From NCBI GenBank assembly GCA_026387795.1, contig JAPLLA010000032.1:56715-119132 (forward strand): DNA of 62,418 nt, in the 5' to 3' direction. Numbering within the stretch: the first letter of the stretch is position 1; the number at the start of each line of letters is the position of its first letter. Source of the DNA: Candidatus Saganbacteria bacterium (GTDB lineage: Bacteria > Margulisbacteria > WOR-1 > JAPLLA01). Both the position numbers and the translations under genes were made by a program. The notes below the pieces were generated by a model. The model was not told where the DNA came from, did no database searches, and was given only the letters and a program-made list of their open reading frames with translations. This document shows, in pieces, positions 26,850-34,267 of this stretch.

Positions 26850-27932
26850 ATGCTATCCACAAGGGAACTTGGAAGGGCAACCAGAGATGGGAGGGTCTTG
26901 CTAAAAGACCCTGGAGAAAAGCGTACGGTTTTACTCTCCAATACGGAACAATTGGAACAACTACGGCGTCGCGCTAGGCTGCAATTGGATGGAACTACAC
27001 AAACCGATCATTATGTTTTTTCCGATTTTACAGATCGTCTAACCGGCAGAAGGCTGCATGCGGTTGCCCCATTATTTGGCAGAGAAGACTTCCAAAGGGA
27101 CACCTTTTGGCAGCAGCGGACAGAATTGCTAATGCACATGAATGCCTTGGGTATGCAGTTAGGCGGTTCCCAAGTGGTAAAAATGGCAATGGCTTCTTGT
27201 GTACAGGTAAACGGATGGGACAAAGGAGTTTCTGGTTACTACGATACACTATTGGGAATTGCGCAAAATGATTTTACGGAAATGGCTGATCGCTACGCTG
27301 CTGGAGAGAGATATGACCCTGCCCAAAATGTGTTGGGTTCGCCACAATATAGCCATACCAAACTCTTTGCCTGGATCTATTATGTGGAAAGTCTGGAGAT
27401 TGCTTCTGTTGCACAGGAAAAGGGAGAGGGGATAAGGGTGGTTGAATTGGGAAGTGCTTTTGGCAGCCCCATTTTCACCAAAAGGGATCTTTTACCCGAT
27501 CAAGACGTTACTTTTTACGGCGTAGACATAAGAGACGATCTTTTATCCGCATCCAGAAGATTTGTGGCTAGTCGGCAGATGCAGGGCGTGCATTTTGCCC
27601 ATGCAGACGTTACCAAAAAAGGTTGGCATGCAAGGATGATGCATATAGTTTCTGGCCATCCGGCTGATGTAGTGGTTTCTAGCCATTTGCTTGAACATCT
27701 CCCTGGTGACCCCAAACAAATTATTGGAAACTGGCTGCGGCTTACAAAAAAAGCACTGGTTGTTTCTGTTCCGCATACCATAGAAGAAGTTAACATGTCC
27801 GACCATGAGCACAATTTAGGAGTTGAAGGATTGTCTGGGTTGGCAGATTACTTTGAATCTGAATATCATGGACGCATACAAGTAAAACGGGACCAGATAG
27901 ATGCAGGTATCCTTATTTTAATAAAAGTATAG
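26850..27932 (+). CDS. class I SAM-dependent methyltransferase with ~190-aa unknown N-terminal region
   Basis: Motif I VVELGSAFG, then YGVDI, HADV and VVSSHLLEHLP (post-I/II/III pattern). Confidence 0.75.
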   Translation: MLSTRELGRATRDGRVLLKDPGEKRTVLLSNTEQLEQLRRRARLQLDGTTQTDHYVFSDFTDRLTGRRLHAVAPLFGREDFQRDTFWQQRTELLMHMNALGMQLGGSQVVKMAMASCVQVNGWDKGVSGYYDTLLGIAQNDFTEMADRYAAGERYDPAQNVLGSPQYSHTKLFAWIYYVESLEIASVAQEKGEGIRVVELGSAFGSPIFTKRDLLPDQDVTFYGVDIRDDLLSASRRFVASRQMQGVHFAHADVTKKGWHARMMHIVSGHPADVVVSSHLLEHLPGDPKQIIGNWLRLTKKALVVSVPHTIEEVNMSDHEHNLGVEGLSGLADYFESEYHGRIQVKRDQIDAGILILIKV

Positions 27933-27960
27933 AAAAAATCTGCAAGGAGAGAAAAATAAA

Positions 27961-30309
27961 ATGGCGGAACTGTTTGCTAAAAGAGTAGGGTTGGGGCTGC
28001 CAAGCCCGGTAACCTGCATAAAGTTACAAAATCATGCTACTGCAGCATACGAAGAGCTAAGTGCTGTAAATAGGGCAAAATATAGGCATGCTTTTGGTAA
28101 TCGGCTCATCCAGGATTTTATGTCCAGTCCGCAAATGGCAATTGACATGGTAAGCGAAGCTTTTGGCTGCGAAAATCAACAAGTAGCCAGGGTGTTTACT
28201 GCTTTGATCCGGGAACTATTGATCCAGCCTATGGCAAGTTCATGGGCAATTCTAAAGAACATGGAAACAAAATATGGGATGGCCATTACTGTGCCTGAAC
28301 TTCAGCAGTATTATCAGGTTTTGCAGAGCAGCAAAATTGTGCAAGACATGATTCGCTACAATAGTTCCGCAACCAAAGTCATTGCAGTTGCGCGCGGGGT
28401 CTTATCTACAACTTTGGGAACAACCTATTATTTGGATGTGCAGACTACAGATGCTTGTCCGAGCAGGTGTACAAAATGCTGGAGGTTTTATGAGGATGAG
28501 GCTGGAGTGGCTAGGCTGGTAAGAAGAATAAGGCCGGCTGGGTCTAAAATGCCCGATTTTGACGATTTCAAAGCAGTGGTCAAGCAAGTTATTGATTTGG
28601 GAGTAGAACAGTTGTCCAGTACCGGGGGAGGAGAGCCAATGATGAACCCTCGTCTTCCGGAATTATTCCAATTTGCAAAAGCATATGCACGCAGCCTGGG
28701 CCGGGAGCTGCGGACCTTTGTTCCAAGCTGTGGATTGGGAGTGGTTTTCCAAAACGAAGACGCATTAAGAAGAACAGTGAATTCTTTGGATAATTTAAGG
28801 TTTAGCGTTGATAGTTTTGATCCTGATTTTGTCTGTAGGCTGCATGGCTTAACCCGGGCTAAATATGATGAACTTATAGATAATATCAGACGGACAGTAG
28901 CAATGAAAAGACAAGAAGGATCCAATATGCAAATAGAAATATTGATCCTTATGTATGAAGGAAGCTACCAAACTATGGAACAGACGATCGAAACTGCCAG
29001 ACAATTAGGAGCAACCAGGGTTTTGATTAATAGCACAGTAGACAAGCCTGAATTAAGGTCCGGAGGAGTGGAACAAGAAGCCGCAATAAGAAGAGTAGCA
29101 GAAAGAGTAGCCAGAGGTGACTATGGGGACCTGGTGGTTGAAATCGATCCTGCACTTGAAACCTCTATTCTTGCAGTAGCGCAGCCAGTTGATTTACAGC
29201 AGTTTGAGCCGGCAATAGGAAAATTTGGTGGCTGCATGAAAAACATTGTTGGCTTGACGCCGGTTATTACGGCGGACGGCACTTTTCATGTTTGTTTCCC
29301 GTGTTCGCAGCCCCCGGTAGCAAATAAAGGGGGCATTTTTAAAATTGGCCATATTTTACAAGAGCCATTTTTAGCTCTCATGGAAAGGATGAAAGGTGAA
29401 TACCGCGGGATTGATATTGAAAGGGATTGTTCTCCAGATTGCCGCGATATTTTATATTTTAACGCCATCATTAGAAAAGTTATTGAAGATTGGATACTCG
29501 GGATTCCCCTGGCAGCGCAGCCGTTTTTTGATCGCACTACTGCAGTTGGGACTATGCGCAATCCTATGCATCAAGAGGGTTATCGCGTACAAACTGGAGC
29601 GCAAGACAGGATTGCAAAAGCAGCAGAATCTGTTTATCTGGATAAAGTAAGCGATTTTAACCACGTTACTACTTATTTACAAGAAATAGGGGTGGGGAAT
29701 GTAGCGGTAAAATTAGAAGCCGGAGTTCCGGTTGTTTTGCTGGATAAGTATGAAATTCCAAACTTATTTGAAATGAGCTTGGTCATAGAAGGAGAGAGTG
29801 TCTATGCATATTCTTATGAACTGGGGCTGGTATATTCTGTAGCAACCGGAAAGACTACAAAATTCGGCGAAGAAATAGAAGGAGCAGGGGAACAAATTAG
29901 AGAAATGTTTCAAGAATTTAACGCTCTTAAAACAAGCGGATTGGCATATTCTCCGCATGCGGCACCAAGCGGACTAGAAGAAGTGGGGAGACTAAAACAA
30001 TCGATTAGAGAAAAAATGTTATTAGCTAAATATGCCGAATGGCCGGAGCCGCTCGTAACAGCTGCATATGCATATTATAAAAGGGCAATAGCAGGGGAAG
30101 TCAGAGCAGAAAATCCGGATGATGCAAATAATGGGATTGTTTTGATGACACTTTTTGAGCAAGAAGCAGCAAAGTCTTTGGCAAGAAAGCAGGAGATGCT
30201 AAAGCGGCTGCATGCCTATCTATTGCAATTGGCGTCAGTCAGGGAATTTTGCCGGGATTTTGTCAATATCTATAAGCGGCTTACTGAAAACGGTTATTTT
30301 CAAAGCTAG
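27961..30309 (+). CDS. radical SAM protein with SPASM/twitch-like Cys cluster and long unknown N- and C-terminal regions
   Basis: CPSRCTKC (CxxxCxxC), GGGEPMMNP, and later GGC-x15-G-x4-C-x2-C and CSPDC. 782 aa. RBS AAGGAGAG. Confidence 0.8.
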   Translation: MAELFAKRVGLGLPSPVTCIKLQNHATAAYEELSAVNRAKYRHAFGNRLIQDFMSSPQMAIDMVSEAFGCENQQVARVFTALIRELLIQPMASSWAILKNMETKYGMAITVPELQQYYQVLQSSKIVQDMIRYNSSATKVIAVARGVLSTTLGTTYYLDVQTTDACPSRCTKCWRFYEDEAGVARLVRRIRPAGSKMPDFDDFKAVVKQVIDLGVEQLSSTGGGEPMMNPRLPELFQFAKAYARSLGRELRTFVPSCGLGVVFQNEDALRRTVNSLDNLRFSVDSFDPDFVCRLHGLTRAKYDELIDNIRRTVAMKRQEGSNMQIEILILMYEGSYQTMEQTIETARQLGATRVLINSTVDKPELRSGGVEQEAAIRRVAERVARGDYGDLVVEIDPALETSILAVAQPVDLQQFEPAIGKFGGCMKNIVGLTPVITADGTFHVCFPCSQPPVANKGGIFKIGHILQEPFLALMERMKGEYRGIDIERDCSPDCRDILYFNAIIRKVIEDWILGIPLAAQPFFDRTTAVGTMRNPMHQEGYRVQTGAQDRIAKAAESVYLDKVSDFNHVTTYLQEIGVGNVAVKLEAGVPVVLLDKYEIPNLFEMSLVIEGESVYAYSYELGLVYSVATGKTTKFGEEIEGAGEQIREMFQEFNALKTSGLAYSPHAAPSGLEEVGRLKQSIREKMLLAKYAEWPEPLVTAAYAYYKRAIAGEVRAENPDDANNGIVLMTLFEQEAAKSLARKQEMLKRLHAYLLQLASVREFCRDFVNIYKRLTENGYFQS

Positions 30310-30400
30310 ATCAAAAAGTTTAATCATAAAAATTAAATTCATTTTAGATATATGCGATAACGTTAATAGTAAAAGTCGCGCACAAAAACGGAGCGAATAA

Positions 30401-32170
30401 ATGCTTCCTTTGACCAATTTTGATTATGCTGAATTAGCAATAAAACATCCAGCCTTGAAACTGGCAACGGCATCTGCTGCCGGGCGCATAGATTATCGCT
30501 TTAAAAGTGTACTTGATCTGAATGTTTTTAGCTCAGGAAACTCGGGTGGATCTTATGCCAGAGCCGGACTTGGAAGTGACCCAAGAAGAAGGGCCCGGAC
30601 TTTACTGGAAAGAATGAGGGATGTCCCAAACGATGCTCTAAACAGGCATATTCTTGGTGATGAGATTTGCAGATCCCTTAGGGACAGGTCATTGTCTCAA
30701 GATGCTTTGGCTGCGGAAGTGGGAAGGGTTTTTCGCGGAAGGATCCGCTCTCTTTATATAGATAATATGGGAGAAGTGCATCTTGTTTTTCCCAATACCA
30801 CCGAGCCTTCCCAGGAACAGCGTAAAAGAGGCAGCCTAAAAGAAGAATGGGACCGCATTTTTGCTTTAAACCGTGAACAACATGTCCCAGTAGGAGAACT
30901 CCCCGTTTCCTTGCCTGTCCCAGATTTTCTTAGAAGGGCAGTTGCCCAGTATCCGGTTTTTGCGCCGCTAAAAACAAGAGGGGCGCTTGGCGCTTTACTT
31001 GGCTTGGGCAGGAGCAGGGATTTGGATTTGGGGACTTCTTTAAGGAGTTGTTCTCCTCGCGAGACGGTCCGCAATTTGTCCGCATTGGGTTTTGTAGAAA
31101 ATGCTGACGCAATTCCTTCTCATGAAACTTTTGCAGTAGCACAACACAGGGATTTAAGCGCGGTTGTCTCTTTGGATGCCCATCATTACAGCCTGAGAGG
31201 AAGGACTTCCAGTTCAGGCAAGGGAACAAACCTATATAATGCAATGGCCTCTCTTTTGCAGGAGAGGGTAGAGCGCATGTCTGCATTTGCCGGCTGCACT
31301 GCTAATTGGCCGGCTGGATATGTTGAAGATAAAAAGCTGATCAAGGCAGCTTATTCCGACATGGTTTCCGCAGGCTTAAATGTTCTGGATCCTCATACGC
31401 TTAACTTGGGAGAGCCATACCAAAACGAACCGATTTACTGGACCCTGGCGCACCTGTATGTAAATGGTGCGTGGGTAGACGGGTTTGCTCCTGCACAACT
31501 GGTTTGGACCAACACCAATTTTGACGAAAGAGAAATTTATCCGGCTTCTGCCAATGGCTTGGCAGCAGGAAACACCTACGAAGAAGCAATGCTGCATGGA
31601 TTAACCGAAGTAATTGAAAGGGACGGATTGGCAAATACTTGGTATGAACCTTCGCGTTGCTTTCACTTACAAGCAAGGGGAGGACAGATCGGAAGTATTG
31701 TGGAAGCATATCAGGCTGACGGCGGACTTTCTTTAATGGATATTACTACAGATGTCGGGATCCCGTCTTTTCAGGCATTTGCCTGGCTAAACCAGCAGCT
31801 TCTTTGCGGCAGCGGCGCACATCCGGATGCCAGGATTGCAGCCATGCGCGCTATTTGTGAGTTGTCTGCTACAGTTGGAGCATATAATATTATTTTTGGT
31901 CCCAGCAGGGTTATTCCCACTCCAAAAGCAACATTTGCAACAAGAGAATATAAAGACCTTCCAAATTATTCTTCAGGAAATGTGGGGAAAGATCTAGAGT
32001 GGATCCTTAATCGTCTCTCGTCAATGGGAGTCATTCCTGTGGTAGTTAATTTGACCAGAAGTGACTTCAAAGTTCCTGTAGTCAGAGTGATTGTGCCGGG
32101 CTTAGACCAGCCTGAAGGAGTAAGTGTCAGGCAATTAGTGCATTTACAAAGGGCGCAAGCACAGGTCTAG
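30401..32170 (+). CDS. YcaO-domain protein with ~260-aa unknown N-terminal region
   Basis: SSSGKGTN...A.ASLLQERVER, GLAAGNTYEEAMLHGLTEVIERD, DITTDVGIPSF and GSGAHPDARIAAMRAICE are YcaO superfamily hallmarks. Confidence 0.8.
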   Translation: MLPLTNFDYAELAIKHPALKLATASAAGRIDYRFKSVLDLNVFSSGNSGGSYARAGLGSDPRRRARTLLERMRDVPNDALNRHILGDEICRSLRDRSLSQDALAAEVGRVFRGRIRSLYIDNMGEVHLVFPNTTEPSQEQRKRGSLKEEWDRIFALNREQHVPVGELPVSLPVPDFLRRAVAQYPVFAPLKTRGALGALLGLGRSRDLDLGTSLRSCSPRETVRNLSALGFVENADAIPSHETFAVAQHRDLSAVVSLDAHHYSLRGRTSSSGKGTNLYNAMASLLQERVERMSAFAGCTANWPAGYVEDKKLIKAAYSDMVSAGLNVLDPHTLNLGEPYQNEPIYWTLAHLYVNGAWVDGFAPAQLVWTNTNFDEREIYPASANGLAAGNTYEEAMLHGLTEVIERDGLANTWYEPSRCFHLQARGGQIGSIVEAYQADGGLSLMDITTDVGIPSFQAFAWLNQQLLCGSGAHPDARIAAMRAICELSATVGAYNIIFGPSRVIPTPKATFATREYKDLPNYSSGNVGKDLEWILNRLSSMGVIPVVVNLTRSDFKVPVVRVIVPGLDQPEGVSVRQLVHLQRAQAQV

Positions 32171-32172
32171 AC

Positions 32173-32244
32173 TGGGCGGTAGTGGAATCGAACCACTGCT
32201 CTTCTCGGTGTCAACGAGATGTTTTACCATTAAACTAACCGCCC
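32173..32244 (-). tRNA. tRNA-Val (GAC)
   Basis: Acceptor GGGCGGT/ACCGCCC, anticodon arm TCTCG-TTGACAC-CGAGA, T-arm CAGTG-GTTCGATT-CCACT, discriminator A, no encoded CCA. Confidence 0.9.
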
Positions 32245-32387
32245 CTAAAATAACTAACAACACGCTCGCCCTCGCTTTGCTCGGGCTCGCTACAACAAAC
32301 AACTTACAACTAATTATTATATAATAAATTCCTTCGGTTGTGAGGTCCGACGTTTGTCGGACCGTGTTGTTAGTCGTTAGTTGTTAG

Positions 32388-32744
32388 TTATTTTTTCAGC
32401 GTCTTGCGAAGGCCGGAAAGCTGTTTAACAATGCCTTCAGCCTGAGCAAGCATTATATCGTAAACCTTACTGCTGATAAACCCATTTTCTTTAGAAATAT
32501 CCAATATTGCTACGGTTTCATTCAATGAACCTATGGATAAATCAACAAAATGCCGAAATTCGTTATCTGATCCTCGATCCGATCCTTCCGCCAGGTTTAG
32601 CGCTATTGATACGGCGGCTCTTCTTAATTGGGAGGTTAAACCAAATTGTTCTTCCCTGGGGAATTTTGAGGAAATAGTATAAACATTCTTAATGAATTTC
32701 TTTGCTTCTTTATAAACCGGAAACTCCAAAAACCTAAAAGACAT
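32388..32744 (-). CDS. four-helix-bundle protein (23S rRNA intervening-sequence protein family)
   Basis: F.FPVYK.A......VY.....FP.EE.FGLTSQLRRAAVSI..NLAEG is the TIGR02436/PF05635-type signature. RBS AGGAGG. Confidence 0.85.
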   Translation of the reverse strand: MSFRFLEFPVYKEAKKFIKNVYTISSKFPREEQFGLTSQLRRAAVSIALNLAEGSDRGSDNEFRHFVDLSIGSLNETVAILDISKENGFISSKVYDIMLAQAEGIVKQLSGLRKTLKK

Positions 32745-32813
32745 GCCAATATCCTCCTAATTATAATATTTTTCCTTTGGTTGTTAGTTGTTAGTCGTAA
32801 GTTGTTAGTTAAC

Positions 32814-32889
32814 TGGAGCGGGAGACGGGTCTCGAACCCGCGACCTTCTGCTTGGGAAGCAGATGCTCTACCAACTGAGCTACTCCCGC
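32814..32889 (-). tRNA. tRNA-Gly (CCC)
   Basis: GCGGGAG acceptor, anticodon arm TCTGC-TTCCCAA-GCAGA, T-arm GCGGG-TTCGAGA-CCCGT, discriminator T, encoded CCA. Confidence 0.9.
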
Positions 32890-32891
32890 GC

Positions 32892-33521
32892 CTAGTTTAC
32901 TGTTCCTTCTTCGGCTTCTTCCCCTTCTTCGCTAGATGGCCGCATTACGAGGGCTTTTTTGATTTTAGCCGTGGCTTCTTTGCAGATCCTAGAGACCTGC
33001 GATTCCGAAAGCCCAATTTCTTTACCGATTTCTTTAAAGGTTTTATCTTCCCGATAATATTTTTTTACTACCAACTGTTCTTTGTCCGGGAGGCTCTTTA
33101 CTGCGGAATCAATGTGCATGATTTCGTCTACTTTTTCGTGGTGTACGCTCTCTTTGTTAAAAGCCAAATAAACATTTGCAGCAGAAGTGATCCATTCGTA
33201 AAGCCCGGCTACCGGGTCTGTCCCTCTTTTTCTTAAATAGTCCTGCATGGAACCCTTTAAACGGACGCTTACATAGGACCAGAGTTCTCCACGTCTTGGG
33301 TCCCAGGTTTTTAAAGCGTCGATAAAAGCGATCTTTGCTTCTGAAGTTAAGTCGTCTGCTTCGGAAGAGGCAATGTGCCGGGGCAGGGTGCGGATGTACC
33401 ATTTGACCAGTGATTGGATCTGGTCCTTGTATTTTTCTGCTACTTCGTCCGTGTATTTTAAAAAATATTCCCGCATTACACTAACAATGCGGTCTTCTAC
33501 GTCTTGCTTGGAGGGAGCCAT
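32892..33521 (-). CDS. fliA: sigma-70-family sigma factor, FliA/sigma-28 type
   Basis: Region 2 pattern (DL.SEAKIAFIDALKTWDP..G..WSYV..R..G...DYLR) and region 4 HTH (KTFKEIGKEIGLSESQVSRI). It is the last gene of the flagellar operon. Confidence 0.75.
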   Translation of the reverse strand: MAPSKQDVEDRIVSVMREYFLKYTDEVAEKYKDQIQSLVKWYIRTLPRHIASSEADDLTSEAKIAFIDALKTWDPRRGELWSYVSVRLKGSMQDYLRKRGTDPVAGLYEWITSAANVYLAFNKESVHHEKVDEIMHIDSAVKSLPDKEQLVVKKYYREDKTFKEIGKEIGLSESQVSRICKEATAKIKKALVMRPSSEEGEEAEEGTVN

Positions 33522-33530
33522 CCTGTTTTT

Positions 33531-33752
33531 CTACCCCCTTCGGTCCTTCTCAAATTCCTTGCGTACAACTTTTAAAAAATCTTCTTCATGGGCTTTTAAA
33601 AGGTTTTTGCTGAATTGCTGGGCAGTTTGCCGGGCAAATTTCCAGAAGCGGGCTAAGATTGGGGATATGCCAACAGGAACAGGCGCGCCAATATTCTGGA
33701 GTTTACCGTCAATGCTTACTTTTTTAGGGGTGACCCTTTGGGTTTGAATCAA
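33531..33752 (-). CDS. hypothetical small protein in flagellar operon
   Basis: 73-aa ORF between flhA and fliA; no motif recognised. Confidence 0.4.
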   Translation of the reverse strand: MIQTQRVTPKKVSIDGKLQNIGAPVPVGISPILARFWKFARQTAQQFSKNLLKAHEEDFLKVVRKEFEKDRRG

Positions 33753-33770
33753 ACGCTTGTCCAGCCTTTC

Positions 33771-34172
33771 TTATTGTTTGATTGTTTCCCTGGGGCCAAG
33801 CTTGCGGGATATATAAATACTGGCAATTGCTAGAGCCTGGCGCCTTAGCTCAGGGTTAGTTACTATCGTTTCAGCGATAGTGTCAACCATTCTAGCAAAA
33901 CCGGGAGTCATTGTAAAGGAGGGGCCGAATTCTACTTCCAGCGCGGTACGGACGATTTTTCCGATCAATTCTTTGGCGGAAAGGGTAGGTTCCAAAACTT
34001 CTTCCAGCCGCGCTTCAAATTGGCTGGTTTTGTTTTTTTGGAACGGGGTTTTCTTTATTTTAGTTTGCTGCTTTTTCTCAAAAGAAGAAAAATTGAATAC
34101 TGCACCAAAAAAATCATCCTTTTTTGGGCTCTTGTTGATTTCTCTGTGCTGCAAAAATGGATCATCTAGCAT
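33771..34172 (-). CDS. hypothetical protein in flagellar operon
   Basis: 133-aa ORF downstream of flhA; no motif recognised. Confidence 0.45.
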   Translation of the reverse strand: MLDDPFLQHREINKSPKKDDFFGAVFNFSSFEKKQQTKIKKTPFQKNKTSQFEARLEEVLEPTLSAKELIGKIVRTALEVEFGPSFTMTPGFARMVDTIAETIVTNPELRRQALAIASIYISRKLGPRETIKQ

Positions 34173-34267
34173 TTTGTTAACTCCCTACTACGCATTCTTC
34201 TTCCTCTTTATCGGAGGAAGTAAAAAAAAATTTCACTGGGAAGCAAGTTATTTTTAATTAATTTTTA

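Noticed and set aside
32388-32744. Four-helix-bundle gene as the Avd component of a diversity-generating retroelement
   Set aside because: There is no reverse transcriptase ORF and no template/variable repeat pair with A-specific mismatches anywhere in the window. The flanking repeats are short heptads.
32363-32813. Heptad/octad arrays (here and at 45469-46165 and 13047-13153) as CRISPR arrays
   Set aside because: The units are 7-8 nt and contiguous without spacers, far below CRISPR repeat/spacer dimensions. There are no cas genes.
32781-33236. Track ORF 32781-33236 (+), 151 aa
   Set aside because: It covers the heptad repeat, the antisense of tRNA-Gly and the antisense of fliA. The fliA reading has clear sigma-factor motifs and this one has none.
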